A DNA stretch of 64,000 nt from Syntrophales bacterium (GCA_963668175.1 OY764159.1:2880001-2944000), one strand, 5' to 3'. Shown: positions 22,165 to 32,259, counted from the stretch's first letter. Made by a program: numbers and translations. Notes: generated from the letters alone by a model not told the origin.

Positions 22165-22383
22165 ATGGCAAAAGTAAGAGTTAAAGTCGAAGATATGAAC
22201 TGCGAATCCTGCATCAGAATTGTCACGCATCAACTGGAGCTCATGAACGGCGTGAAGGATGTGGCCGTCGACCGGGACCACCGGGAGATCGTTGTCACCT
22301 ATGACAACCCCGAATTCTGCGTTGACGATTTTACATGCAGAATAGAGGACTTAGGCTACAACAGGGTCCAGATCGTACCGTAA
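22165..22383 (+). CDS. Heavy-metal-associated (CopZ-like) chaperone
   Basis: GGAGGT RBS, VEDMNCESC metal motif, NGVKDV.V, IEDLGY. Confidence 0.9.
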   Translation: MAKVRVKVEDMNCESCIRIVTHQLELMNGVKDVAVDRDHREIVVTYDNPEFCVDDFTCRIEDLGYNRVQIVP

Positions 22384-22454
22384 CGTGCGGCAGGACCTGC
22401 GATAACGGAGCGGTCGCGAAATGAAGGCATGTGCCGCAGTCATGAAAAAAAGAC

Positions 22455-22487
22455 TTGACAAAAGACGCTGATAAGAATTATTCTTAT
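22455..22487 (+). promoter_or_regulatory. Sigma-70 promoter overlapped by a PerR/Fur-type operator
   Basis: TTGACA at 22455-22460. The palindrome ATAAGAAT-T-ATTCTTAT at 22471-22487 covers the -10 (TATTCT). Confidence 0.85.
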
Positions 22488-22542
22488 ATCGTAACGAGAT
22501 GACATCTTGTGCAGGCATCTCGAAATAACGCCGGGAAACGAA

Positions 22543-22995
22543 ATGGACGCACACAGCGACTGCAATATGCCGATAGAGGAAAGGCTCCGGGCCTTCGAGC
22601 AGATATGCCGGGAAGCAGGGCTGCGGCTCACCTACCAGCGGCAGGAAATTTACAGGGAGCTCGCCCTGCGGCCCGACCATCCCTCGGCCGAAACGCTCCA
22701 CCAGCGCCTGCGCGAGCGGATACCGACCATGTCCCTAGACACGGTCTACAGGACGCTTGCTACCTTCGCCGGGCACGGCCTCGTCAACAAGATCGAGACG
22801 GTGGAGAACCAGGCCCGGTTCGAGGCGGACATCGGCTGCCATCACCACATGATGTGCGTCAAATGCAAAGAGATCGTCGATTTTCAGTGGCCCGCCGTGG
22901 ACGAAGCGCCTCTCCCCGATGAGGCGAAAGCCTGGGGCCATATCATGGCAAAGAGCGTCGTCGTGTACGGCACATGCCGCAACTGCATGGAATAA
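22543..22995 (+). CDS. perR: Peroxide-responsive Fur-family repressor
   Basis: GLRLTYQR, HPSAE, SLDTVYRTL, HHHMMCVKC..IVDF, CRNC. Lies upstream of rubrerythrin. Confidence 0.88.
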   Translation: MDAHSDCNMPIEERLRAFEQICREAGLRLTYQRQEIYRELALRPDHPSAETLHQRLRERIPTMSLDTVYRTLATFAGHGLVNKIETVENQARFEADIGCHHHMMCVKCKEIVDFQWPAVDEAPLPDEAKAWGHIMAKSVVVYGTCRNCME

Positions 22996-23037
22996 AAATG
23001 CATCGTCGCATCATGACGATTTTTTTATTCCGTAATA

Positions 23038-23054
23038 ATAAGAATTATTCTTAT
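23038..23054. promoter_or_regulatory. Second PerR-type operator, upstream of rubrerythrin
   Basis: Exact copy of ATAAGAATTATTCTTAT. Confidence 0.88.
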
Positions 23055-23208
23055 ATGATAACGATACCTGTTTATCCGGTTCCCATTTTCATCCGGCCCC
23101 GGTAAACCACGAAAACGGCCTCGTCCTGCCGTCGTACTTAAGGAATTAAAGAACGGAATAAATATTAAAGTTAAACATTAAACAATACCATGAAAGGAGT
23201 TATGCACT

Positions 23209-23706
23209 ATGTCGAAATCGGAAAATTGTCTTAAGGAAGCGTTCGCGGGGGAATCCCAGGCCAACCGTAAATACCTGGCCTTTGCCGTGAAGGCCGATCA
23301 GGAAGGGTTCCCGCAGGCGGCCCGTCTCTTCCGGGCGGCGGCCGAGGCGGAAACCATCCATGCCCACAACCATCTCCGCGCCCTGAAGGGCATCAAAGAC
23401 ACGAAGGAGAACCTCATGGAGGCGGTCGCCGGCGAAACCCATGAATTCAAGAAGATGTACCCGGAGATGATCGAAGCCGCCAAGGCCGAGGGCAACAAGG
23501 CGGCGGAGCGGAGTTTCACCTACGCCAACGAAGTCGAGAAGATCCATGCGGCGCTTTATCAGAAGCTCCTGGACGGCCTCGGGGGAAAACAGGCGGAATA
23601 TTCATACTATATATGCCCTGTCTGCGGCTACACGGCCGAGAAGGAAGCCCCGGGCAAATGTCCCGTGTGCGGAGCCGGGGCCGACCATTTCTATGAAGTG
23701 AAGTAA
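23209..23706 (+). CDS. rbr: Rubrerythrin
   Basis: AFAGESQANRKY, EAETIHA, GETHE..MYP, VEKIHA, CPVCGY...CPVCG. Confidence 0.96.
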   Translation: MSKSENCLKEAFAGESQANRKYLAFAVKADQEGFPQAARLFRAAAEAETIHAHNHLRALKGIKDTKENLMEAVAGETHEFKKMYPEMIEAAKAEGNKAAERSFTYANEVEKIHAALYQKLLDGLGGKQAEYSYYICPVCGYTAEKEAPGKCPVCGAGADHFYEVK

Positions 23707-23769
23707 TCCCGTCCGCCGAAGGGTCCACCCGGCGGCTCATTTTGATAACATTAATCGTTACAGGAAGAT

Positions 23770-23812
23770 GAAGACCGTCCGGCATCCCGTTTCGAGACGG
23801 TCTTTTTCTTTC
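23770..23812 (+). terminator. Intrinsic terminator after rbr
   Basis: AAGACCGTC...GACGGTCTT followed by a T-rich run. Confidence 0.65.
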
Positions 23813-23941
23813 CGATAGTTCCGTTTCATGGTTCGACAGTGGCTCCCGTCGCTTTATCCAGCGCGTAATTTCTATTAAAAAAAACATAACAAACCGATAT
23901 GATTAGATAATAAATTTTTTCATAAATAATGGAAAAAAATT

Positions 23942-23968
23942 TAAGTTTTTTTATAAATATGCCGATAG
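23942..23968 (+). promoter_or_regulatory. Sigma-28 (FliA) promoter
   Basis: TAAG-N15-GCCGATAG versus consensus TAAA-N15-GCCGATAA, upstream of a FlaG-like gene. Confidence 0.75.
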
Positions 23969-24022
23969 CCCTTATAGGATTGGTGTATAAAGAAGTCGTT
24001 TATCGATCTTCGGGCAGGTTTT

Positions 24023-24439
24023 ATGGGTATCTCGATAACAACAGGCGTCGCTCCAGCCGCATACGCAAATACCGGAGCAACTACGACTGCTCCCGCACAG
24101 ACGACTGCGGCCCAGACGCCGGCGCCGGCACCCGCGGCCACGTCGCAACCCGCGAAAGCAGTTCAGGCGCCTACCGTTCAGACCGCCGTGCAGAGCCAGG
24201 CGGCCGAAAGCGCCCAGGCCAGGGAAGAGGCCAAGAAACCGGGCGGCTCGACCGTCAAGCACAAGGATGCGGTTACGATAACCTATGACAGCCAGGCCGG
24301 AGTAAACGTCTTCAAATCATACGACAGCAAAGGCAACGTCGTTGTCCAGGTCCCGCCTTCGCAGCTTCTTAAAACCATGCAGCTCGAAGGAAAGAGCAGT
24401 GAAGAAATTACGGGGAAGTTGATCAATACGAAGGCATAA
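24023..24439 (+). CDS. FlaG-like flagellar protein with Ala/Thr/Pro-rich N-terminus
   Basis: C-terminal YD...VVVQVPPSQLL...GKLINTKA resembles the FlaG 'RQIPPEE...GLLVDxKA' end. Confidence 0.65.
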   Translation: MGISITTGVAPAAYANTGATTTAPAQTTAAQTPAPAPAATSQPAKAVQAPTVQTAVQSQAAESAQAREEAKKPGGSTVKHKDAVTITYDSQAGVNVFKSYDSKGNVVVQVPPSQLLKTMQLEGKSSEEITGKLINTKA

Positions 24440-24485
24440 TAAACAAGTTTGTTCGAACTTGTGATTACTTTGAAAGGAGCGGAGT

Positions 24486-24692
24486 ATGAAAGTAGACAGT
24501 ATCGGTGGCGGTTCACAAAACAAAATGGCTGTCGAAGCCCTGAAGACGCAGCAGAATCAGGTGCAGCAGAACCAGCAGCAGACCGGAAAGGAAGCCCAGA
24601 AGACGGTCCAGTTTAAAACGTCTCAGGACAAGGTCACCATTTCTCCGGAAGCGGCCAAGGCCGCCAGCGAAGCGCAAAAAGGCGGACAGTAA
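24486..24692 (+). CDS. Small Gln-rich protein with DKVTISPEA motif (FlgM N-terminus-like)
   Basis: AAGGAG/GGAG RBS, 68 aa. The motif is typical of flagellar-exported small proteins. Confidence 0.6.
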   Translation: MKVDSIGGGSQNKMAVEALKTQQNQVQQNQQQTGKEAQKTVQFKTSQDKVTISPEAAKAASEAQKGGQ

Positions 24693-24946
24693 CATTCAGT
24701 AAGTACTTTCGTGTCGTTGACGGTCTGCATGCCGCAGCTGCGCACAGGCAGCGGTTCATGAACGTCTACGATCGCTCGTTTTTCATGGCCTTCTTATTCT
24801 GCGCTGTCGTAAGCCGTACCATAGTATAAATGGTTGCGTTTTATCGCGTTGCCTTCTATAATAGAATACCCCAGCCGAAGGACCTCGGACGGGGTATTTT
24901 GCATTGCGTATTTCGTCGTTATTCTTGTCAATCCGGGGTGTTCCGT

Positions 24947-26332
24947 ATGTTTCGATATACGAATAGCGTCTTATCGCGTCATAGCTTGATTCAACTTGCC
25001 TTATGCCTTTCCCTCGCGTGCGCCCTGAGCCTCGGTTGGCCTTCGGCGGCCGGCGCCGAACGGCGGATAGCCCTCGTCATCGGGAACAGCAGCTACGAAA
25101 CGGGACCCCTCAAAAACCCCGTCAACGACGCCACGGACATGGCGGCCGCGCTCCAAAAGCTCGGATTTACGGTCATACTCAAGAAGAACGCCAATCTCCA
25201 GACGATGGAGGAAGCCCTGGAGGATTTCGGCAACCGTCTCAAAAGGGGCGGCGTGGGTCTCTTCTATTATGCAGGCCACGGCATCCAGATGAACGGCGCC
25301 AACTACCTGATCCCCGTCGGTACGAAGATCAACAAGGAATCGGACATCCGCTACAAGGGCCTGGACGCCGGGCGGATCCTTGACGAGATGGCGAATGCGA
25401 ACAACGGCCTGAACATCGTCATGCTCGACGCCTGCCGCGACAATCCCTTTGCCCGGAGCTTCCGCAGTGCGGCGCGGGGCCTGGCCATCGTGAGCAGTGC
25501 GCCCACGGGCACGTTCATCTCCTATTCGACGAGTCCCGGCCAGGTGGCGCGCGACGGCGACGGCCGGAACAGCCCCTACACAAAGGCCCTCATCCGTTAC
25601 ATGAAGGAACCGGGACTCACTATCGGCGACGTTTTCATCAAGGTCCGCCAGGAGTTGCGCAAAGATACGGGCCAGACCCCCTGGGAGTTGTCCTCCCTGG
25701 AAGGCAATTTCTACTTCGTTCCCACAAAGGGCGGAAAACCGGCGCCTACCGTGCAGGAAGAACCAACCGCCCGAACGGACGACTTCGATGCCGAACAGCG
25801 CAAGATCGACGCCGAGACGGAAAGGCTTCGCAGGGAGCGGGAACTCGTTGAGAAGAAGCGCGCCCTGGAGGAAGAGAAGAAGCGCCTCGACGACGCCCGG
25901 AAGAAACTCGCTTATGTGCCGGCGCCCGACCCGGCCAGGGATGCAGGCTATGTCCGCATCATTAACGGCAAAGCCACGACAGTTCAATTTTTCGAAAGCG
26001 GCTACAATCATCCCGACAAGAAGGATCGCGTCTACCGGGGCAGCTTTTCGAGAACGCAGACACGCTACGTCAACTGGGAAGTCGCCTTCGAATACCCTGC
26101 CCCGGGCCGCCGGATCGACTTCAAGATCGAATCCATCTGGTACGCCAACGGCGCCGAAATATGGCGAGGCATGTGCGACGCTTACGTCCAGGCCGACTGG
26201 ACCACCTCCTTTTCGGCCCAGGGCTACGGATGGGCGAATGCGGGCTCGAACACCTGGGCGTCCGGCACTTACCGCGTGGACCTCTATGTCGAAGGAACCA
26301 AAATCGCCAGCGGCAACTATACCGTCTATTAA
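24947..26332 (+). CDS. Secreted caspase-like (peptidase C14) protein, copy 1
   Basis: Signal peptide, ALVIGNSSY, LKNPVNDA, YYAGHG and LDACRDNP dyad, NSPYT, coiled coil, beta-rich C-terminal domain. Confidence 0.93.
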   Translation: MFRYTNSVLSRHSLIQLALCLSLACALSLGWPSAAGAERRIALVIGNSSYETGPLKNPVNDATDMAAALQKLGFTVILKKNANLQTMEEALEDFGNRLKRGGVGLFYYAGHGIQMNGANYLIPVGTKINKESDIRYKGLDAGRILDEMANANNGLNIVMLDACRDNPFARSFRSAARGLAIVSSAPTGTFISYSTSPGQVARDGDGRNSPYTKALIRYMKEPGLTIGDVFIKVRQELRKDTGQTPWELSSLEGNFYFVPTKGGKPAPTVQEEPTARTDDFDAEQRKIDAETERLRRERELVEKKRALEEEKKRLDDARKKLAYVPAPDPARDAGYVRIINGKATTVQFFESGYNHPDKKDRVYRGSFSRTQTRYVNWEVAFEYPAPGRRIDFKIESIWYANGAEIWRGMCDAYVQADWTTSFSAQGYGWANAGSNTWASGTYRVDLYVEGTKIASGNYTVY

Positions 26333-26576
26333 CCCCATTTGTCCCAGCCCTTTGAACAATTCTCCACGGACGCATAACCTCTGACGCGTCATCCTGGGCT
26401 TCGCTTCTCCGGCCGGACCGTCGTATCGTATCCCCCCGCTTTTCCGCAGCACCGCTGCTTCCGATGAAGATGACTCTGAAAAAGTGTTGCATTGTGTCGC
26501 ATTACCTTGTAATATCATGACGTTCTTTACGCGTATTCTATTTGGGGGTTTTCGTATTTAACATTGTTATTCCAGG

Positions 26577-27974
26577 ATGTTTCGTATGTTTCATTATCCG
26601 AATAGCCTTATGTCATGTCGCAGCCTGATACAACTGGCTTTATGCCTTTCCCTTGCATGCGCCCTGGGCCTCGGTTGGCCTTCGGCGTCCGGCGCCGCCG
26701 AACAGCGTCTGGCCCTCGTCATCGGGAACAGCAGCTACGAAACGGGCCCCCTCAAGAACCCCGTCAACGACGCCACGGACATGGCGGCCGCGCTCCAGAA
26801 GCTCGGATTCACGGTCATACTCAAGAAGAACGCCAATCTCCAGACGATGGAGGAAGCCCTGGAGGATTTCGGCAACCGTCTCAAAAGGGGCGGCGTGGGT
26901 CTTTTCTATTATGCAGGCCACGGCATCCAGATGAACGGCGCCAACTACCTGATCCCCGTCGGTACGAAGATCAACAAGGAATCGGACATCCGCTACAAGG
27001 GCCTGGACGCCGGGCGGATCCTTGACGAGATGGCGAATGCGAACAACGGCCTGAACATCGTCATGCTCGACGCCTGCCGCGACAATCCCTTTGCCCGGAG
27101 CTTCCGCAGTGCGGCGCGGGGCCTGGCCATCGTGAGCAGTGCGCCCACGGGCACGTTCATCTCCTATTCGACGAGTCCCGGGCAGGTGGCGCGCGACGGC
27201 GACGGCCGGAACAGCCCCTACACGAAGGCCCTCATCCGCCATATCAAGGAGCCGGGGGTCACGATCAACGACGTCTTCATCAAGGTCCGCCAGGAATTGC
27301 GCAAGGAGACCGGCCAGGTTCCCTGGGAGTTGTCTTCCCTGGAAGGCACCTTCTACTTCGTTCCCGCAAAGGGCGGAAGACCGGCGCCGGCCGTGCAGGA
27401 AGAGCCGGACGGACGGGCGGAAGAACTCGATGCCGAACAGCGCAAGATCGACGCCGAGACGGAGAGGCTCCGCAAGGAGCGGGAACTGGTGGAGAAGAAG
27501 CGCGCCCTGGAGGAAGAGAAGAAGCGCCTCGACGACGCCCGGAAGAGGCTCGCCTACGTACCGCCCCCCGACCCGTCCAGGGACATGGGTTATGTCCGCG
27601 TCATTAACGCCAATGTGACATCGGTCAAATTTTTCGAAAGCGGCTACAACCATCCCGACAGGAAGGATCGCATCTACCGGAGCAGCTTTTCGAGAACGCA
27701 GTCCCGCTATATCAACTGGGAAGTCAACTTCGAGCACACCGCTCCCGGCCGCCGGATCGACTATAAGATCGAATCCATCTGGTACGCCAACGGCGCCGAA
27801 ATATGGCGCGCCCAATGCGACAGCTATGCACAAGCCGACTGGGTCAACTCGTATTGGGCCCAGGGCTACGGCTGGGCCAATGCCGGCCCGAACACCTGGG
27901 CGTCCGGCAATTACCGCGTGGACCTCTATGTCGAGGGCACCAAGATCGCCAGCGGCAACTTCAGCGTCTATTAA
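26577..27974 (+). CDS. Secreted caspase-like (peptidase C14) protein, copy 2
   Basis: Same architecture; the catalytic domain is identical in amino acids to copy 1. Confidence 0.93.
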   Translation: MFRMFHYPNSLMSCRSLIQLALCLSLACALGLGWPSASGAAEQRLALVIGNSSYETGPLKNPVNDATDMAAALQKLGFTVILKKNANLQTMEEALEDFGNRLKRGGVGLFYYAGHGIQMNGANYLIPVGTKINKESDIRYKGLDAGRILDEMANANNGLNIVMLDACRDNPFARSFRSAARGLAIVSSAPTGTFISYSTSPGQVARDGDGRNSPYTKALIRHIKEPGVTINDVFIKVRQELRKETGQVPWELSSLEGTFYFVPAKGGRPAPAVQEEPDGRAEELDAEQRKIDAETERLRKERELVEKKRALEEEKKRLDDARKRLAYVPPPDPSRDMGYVRVINANVTSVKFFESGYNHPDRKDRIYRSSFSRTQSRYINWEVNFEHTAPGRRIDYKIESIWYANGAEIWRAQCDSYAQADWVNSYWAQGYGWANAGPNTWASGNYRVDLYVEGTKIASGNFSVY

Positions 27975-28133
27975 CCGCGTTTAAAGACTGCCTTCTTCTT
28001 TTCTTTTCACGCTTCCCCTGCGCTCTTGCCTTATCCCTATCCCTGCGCACGCCGGGACGCCGCTCGGGCGTTATCCTGCCTTCCATCCAGTCAATGTTTC
28101 TCATTTTACAGGGATGCTTCGCCGGCGCACCGG

Positions 28134-29138
28134 TCAATGGATGTGCATATCGGCGGTGTCCGGTTCAAACGGAACGACCAGCCCGGCAACGAGGGGGAAG
28201 TGGTCGGAGGGAAAACTCTTTTGCCTTCTCCGCATGACGATTTCGGCGTCCCTGACGCGGATGGAGGCCGGAGCGAAAATATAGTCGATCCGGTAACGGA
28301 CAAGATAGCGGTTGAAGCCGTGGAAAGTGGCCATGCCCCGCCGCCGGTCCGGATGACGGACCCGAAGCGAGTCGATCATCGGCTCGGGATTCCCTACCTT
28401 CCCCAGGCCTCCGATCCGGATGGGGGATTCCCCTTTCAGATACTGCATGGGCCGGCTCTTCTCCCGGGCGTTGAAGTCGCCCGTCACGACGAAGGGGTCC
28501 GGGAAGCGCCGCGCATGAATGTGCTGCGTCAGCAGATGGACGCTCTTTTTCCGCGAACGCTGGGACAGGTGGTCGAGATGAACGTTGTACACGTAAATCC
28601 CCTTTCCCGATCTCTTTTCGATCAGACGCACCCACGTGCAGTTCCGCGGCAGGATGTTGCCCCACCCCCTGGAACCCGGGACGTCGGGCGTATCGGAAAA
28701 CCAGAACGTGCCGGAGGCGGACAGGACGAACCGCAGTGCGTCGTAAAAAACGGTGTTGTGGAGCCCCCTGCCGCTGCTGTTCGTGCCTGACCCTACGTGC
28801 CGGTATCCGGGAAGCATTGCGGAGATTTCCGCAATCTGAAAATCCATGGCCTCCTGGAGCCCCAGAACGTCCGGACGGTATTCGTTCAGGACATCGTCCA
28901 CGAGCATGCGTCGGTATACCCAGTGATGTTTTCCGTCTTTCGCCGTTCCCCGCCTGATATTGAAGCTCATGATCCTGATATCCCATCCCTCGACCGCCTC
29001 GTCCGCGGCGCGGAAGTCCCTCGTCGGCTCAACGCGTTTTCGCCTGGCGAATTGCAGCGGCGGGACGGTCGGCCAGTCCATCGGGACAATCATTTTCCGG
29101 GAAAAGAGTCGTTTTCTGATGGATATCCTGCTTTTCAT
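28134..29138 (-). CDS. Endonuclease/exonuclease/phosphatase family protein
   Basis: IMSFNIR, PDVLGLQE, GTFWFS, NVHLDH, GDFNA, RIDYIF, PSDHFP. Start uncertain. Confidence 0.92.
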   Translation of the reverse strand: MKSRISIRKRLFSRKMIVPMDWPTVPPLQFARRKRVEPTRDFRAADEAVEGWDIRIMSFNIRRGTAKDGKHHWVYRRMLVDDVLNEYRPDVLGLQEAMDFQIAEISAMLPGYRHVGSGTNSSGRGLHNTVFYDALRFVLSASGTFWFSDTPDVPGSRGWGNILPRNCTWVRLIEKRSGKGIYVYNVHLDHLSQRSRKKSVHLLTQHIHARRFPDPFVVTGDFNAREKSRPMQYLKGESPIRIGGLGKVGNPEPMIDSLRVRHPDRRRGMATFHGFNRYLVRYRIDYIFAPASIRVRDAEIVMRRRQKSFPSDHFPLVAGLVVPFEPDTADMHIH

Positions 29139-29360
29139 AGTAACATTATAACGACGATCGGCGAAATGGCAAGGCCATAGGGGGCCGCCGGGAGGCGGGA
29201 CGCTTTTGAACCTTCCCGGTGAAATCACCGAGTGAAAGGCGCTTTGACGGATGGATCGGGGGCGATTTGATGCAGGACGGATGAAGACCAGGGGAACCGG
29301 CTGAGGCCGTCCGGGCCGCTAAAGGGATGAACGGCCGTTGGGAAGAAGCTGTTTTGCGAT

Positions 29361-29654
29361 TCAGCGGCCGCCGGAGCGAAGCAAAACACCCATCTCTGCA
29401 GGGAGTTTTCGCCTCGCGGGAGGCGCCTTGCGCATGCCTTCCCTGAACCATTTCTCCCATTTTCTCGCTGCAACGGCGTCGAAGGATTCCGCCGGGATCA
29501 GGTTGATTGTCTCCCCCTCGTATGTAACGATCCGGCACAGGAACACGGGACAGGACTTACACGTGTCTCCCATGACGAAACTCTTGTACTCGTCCAAGAA
29601 CGGGCAATTGTCCGGGCAGCGGTCCGGTATACGAAACTGTTTGGCTATGATCAT
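29361..29654 (-). CDS. Small Cys-rich hypothetical protein
   Basis: AAGGGG RBS, CPDNCPF...CKSCPVFLC. Confidence 0.55.
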   Translation of the reverse strand: MIIAKQFRIPDRCPDNCPFLDEYKSFVMGDTCKSCPVFLCRIVTYEGETINLIPAESFDAVAARKWEKWFREGMRKAPPARRKLPAEMGVLLRSGGR

Positions 29655-30052
29655 TATGTGTTTATCCCCTTTTTCCCGCAGGTTTATCGCAATGGCATCG
29701 TCCTGCGGCCTGCCGCCGGCATGGTTTCCGGAATAATGAATGTTTTCAGGGGGTCTCCCCTATTGTCATAGTATGCGTACAGGACGATTTACGGCTTCGA
29801 TTTCCCGACGGCGCATGCGATCCTAACACAGTTCAACTTCATGTATTACATGATGAATTGTAAAGAATTGTAACGAATTATCAGGATATGGATTATAACA
29901 GAGATAGAGGTCGTATCCGGGGAGACGGCGGTCCGATCTTTTTTTAACGGTGCGATTGTTAAGAAGGCAGAGATGGTGTATGTTTCGATCCAAACCGAAT
30001 GATGACGTTTCCCGGCTGCGAACGGGCGTCTGCAGGAAAAAGGAGGAAAACG

Positions 30053-30898
30053 ATGGCGGGATTGAAATTGGATGGAAAGGCCCTGGCCGGGCAACTCGAA
30101 CGCGAGCTTTCGGTTCGCGTGGAACGTATCAAAGAGCGTCTCGGCGGGAGGGCTCCCGTCCTGGCGACGATTCTCGTCGGCGACGATCCGGCCTCCGCGA
30201 CCTACGTCCGGATGAAGGGTAACGCCTGTACCCGTGTCGGGATGGAATCCCTGCGGATCGTTCTGCCCGCGGAAACCGCCACCCCGGAATTGCTCGCGGC
30301 AATCGACCGCCTGAACGCGGACGCGGCCGTTCACGGCATCCTCCTCCAGCATCCCGTTCCCCCGGCCATCGACGAGCGCCTCTGCTTCGACCGTATCGAC
30401 ATCTCGAAGGATGTGGACGGCGTGACCTGCCACGGCTTCGGACGGATGGCCATGGGCGAGCCGGCCTACGGATCGGCGACGCCGGCAGGCATCATGCGCC
30501 TGCTTACGCACTATGAGATTCCCCTGGAAGGCAGGCGCGCCGTCGTCGTGGGACGCAGCCCCATCCTGGGCAAACCGATGGCAATGATGCTGCTCAACGC
30601 CCACGCCACGGTGACCGTATGCCATTCCCGGACGAAGGACCTCCCCCTGTTGGTCAGGGAGGCCGACATCGTCGTCGGCGCCGTCGGCAAACCCGAATTC
30701 ATCAAAGGGAGCTGGATCAGGGACGGGGCCGTTGTCGTGGATGCAGGCTATCACCCAGGCAATATCGGCGATATCGAGCTTGCCGCCGTCGTCGATAAGT
30801 GCTCGGCCTATACGCCTGTACCGGGAGGGGTGGGCCCGATGACAATCGCCACGCTCATCGCCCAGACCGTCGAAGCCGCCGAGAAGATCGTGAAGTGA
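30053..30898 (+). CDS. folD: Bifunctional methylenetetrahydrofolate dehydrogenase/cyclohydrolase
   Basis: [53 protein letters not shown]. Confidence 0.97.
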   Translation: MAGLKLDGKALAGQLERELSVRVERIKERLGGRAPVLATILVGDDPASATYVRMKGNACTRVGMESLRIVLPAETATPELLAAIDRLNADAAVHGILLQHPVPPAIDERLCFDRIDISKDVDGVTCHGFGRMAMGEPAYGSATPAGIMRLLTHYEIPLEGRRAVVVGRSPILGKPMAMMLLNAHATVTVCHSRTKDLPLLVREADIVVGAVGKPEFIKGSWIRDGAVVVDAGYHPGNIGDIELAAVVDKCSAYTPVPGGVGPMTIATLIAQTVEAAEKIVK

Positions 30899-31007
30899 TT
30901 CCGGCCTGCGCCGCCGTTGCGCGGTCTGTTCCCGGGGGCGTTCAGGCGGGAGGGATGAACGGGCCGCGGCGCATGGCGGAAGAGACTGCACCCGGCCGTA
31001 GCGGACA

Positions 31008-31421
31008 TCAGTATTCGTTGTTGAGGTAGAGCCGGAGCAGAACGTCCAGGGCCCGGCCGAATTTGTCGACATCGACCGATTTGTGCAGATAGCTCGATGC
31101 GCCGGTGTAAAAAGCCGCTTCCTGGTCGGTTTCCAGGGACGACGACGTCAGGATGACGACGGGAATATTCCTAAGCTTTTTGTCGGCCCGTATCTCGCGC
31201 AGCGTGTCGATCCCGCTCATACCCGGCATCTTCAGGTCCAGGAGGATCAGGGCGGGCAGGTTCTCGCCCTGGCGCAGAAGCTTCAGCGCCAGTTCCCCCC
31301 GCGAGGCCGCCTCGACCTTTTCAGGGCGTCCCAACTCCGCCATGACCATTTTGGTGATCTCGACGTCGTCGGGATTGTCGTCCACGATCAGAATGGATTC
31401 ATTGCTGCGCGCGATTTTCAT
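31008..31421 (-). CDS. Single-domain response regulator (Rcp1-like)
   Basis: ILIVDDNPDD, PALILLDLKMPG, IPVVILTSS, SYLHK. Confidence 0.92.
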   Translation of the reverse strand: MKIARSNESILIVDDNPDDVEITKMVMAELGRPEKVEAASRGELALKLLRQGENLPALILLDLKMPGMSGIDTLREIRADKKLRNIPVVILTSSSLETDQEAAFYTGASSYLHKSVDVDKFGRALDVLLRLYLNNEY

Positions 31422-31803
31422 TATGTCTTAAGGGGAGGCCGACGGAAACCCGTACCTCCTTCTCCTTTTCATGAGGATGAAGATCCGCAAACGTCACGCA
31501 TATCCCATGCATGACGGGTATTCCTTCCCGTATCCCGGTACATCCGCTTACCGGTTCGATTCTGATACTATTTTAAATGATTGTTACCGGAAAACAAGCG
31601 GAATAAATCGCGGGTTTATCGGTAGCCGAACCCTACCCTGCAGCCCTTTACGCCGTTTTCATTATGACAATCCCCGGACGGTCATTCTTTTCCGGGCGCG
31701 GCCATTCAATTTCATCCGCGAGGTTGTTGAGTTGGTCATGCAAGAAACGGCCCGGGGAATGATACGCAGGCCGCATGCATTCCGTCTGCTTCGAACAAAT
31801 CCG

Positions 31804-32199
31804 TTATAACGATGCTTTCTTAAAGCGATTGATCAGGGAATCCAGATCGTTGCCGTATTGATCGATATCGAACGCCTTGTAGAGATAGTCGCTGGCGCCG
31901 GCGTCCATGGCGCTCTTCCTGTCCTCGGGATAGTTGGACGACGTCACAACGGCCACGGGTATTTGCTGAAGCCGCCGGTCCGCCCGGATCTCTTTGAGGC
32001 AATCGATGCCGCTCTTACCGGGAATTTTCAGGTCGAGGATGATCAGGAAGGGCAAGTCGTCTTCCTTCCTGAGGTTTTCGAGTGCGATATCGCATCGTTT
32101 CGCGGATGCAATCTCGAGGTCCCACCCCTTTTCCGCGAGCGCCACCCTGGTTATTTCGACATCATTGGGATTGTCGTCGATAATGAGAATCTTGTCCAT
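31804..32199 (-). CDS. Single-domain response regulator (Rcp1-like)
   Basis: MDKILIIDDNPND, LIILDLKIPG, IPVAVVTSS, DYLYK. Confidence 0.92.
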   Translation of the reverse strand: MDKILIIDDNPNDVEITRVALAEKGWDLEIASAKRCDIALENLRKEDDLPFLIILDLKIPGKSGIDCLKEIRADRRLQQIPVAVVTSSNYPEDRKSAMDAGASDYLYKAFDIDQYGNDLDSLINRFKKASL

Positions 32200-32259
32200 C
32201 GCTGATCCTTCCGGGCGCTGATCCTTCCGGGCACTGATCCTTCCAGGCGCTGATCCTTT
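32200..32259. repeat. 16-bp tandem repeat (~3.7 copies) abutting the start codon
   Basis: CGCTGATCCTTCCGGG / CGCTGATCCTTCCGGG / CACTGATCCTTCCAGG / CGCTGATCCTTT. Confidence 0.92.

Noticed and set aside
25900..27974. Diverged caspase C-termini as DGR template/variable repeats
   Set aside because: Differences are not restricted to adenines, both copies are complete genes, and there is no reverse transcriptase in the window.
32200..32259. Repeat as a CRISPR array
   Set aside because: Contiguous 16-nt units with no spacers and no cas genes. The same applies to the repeat at 21240-21310.
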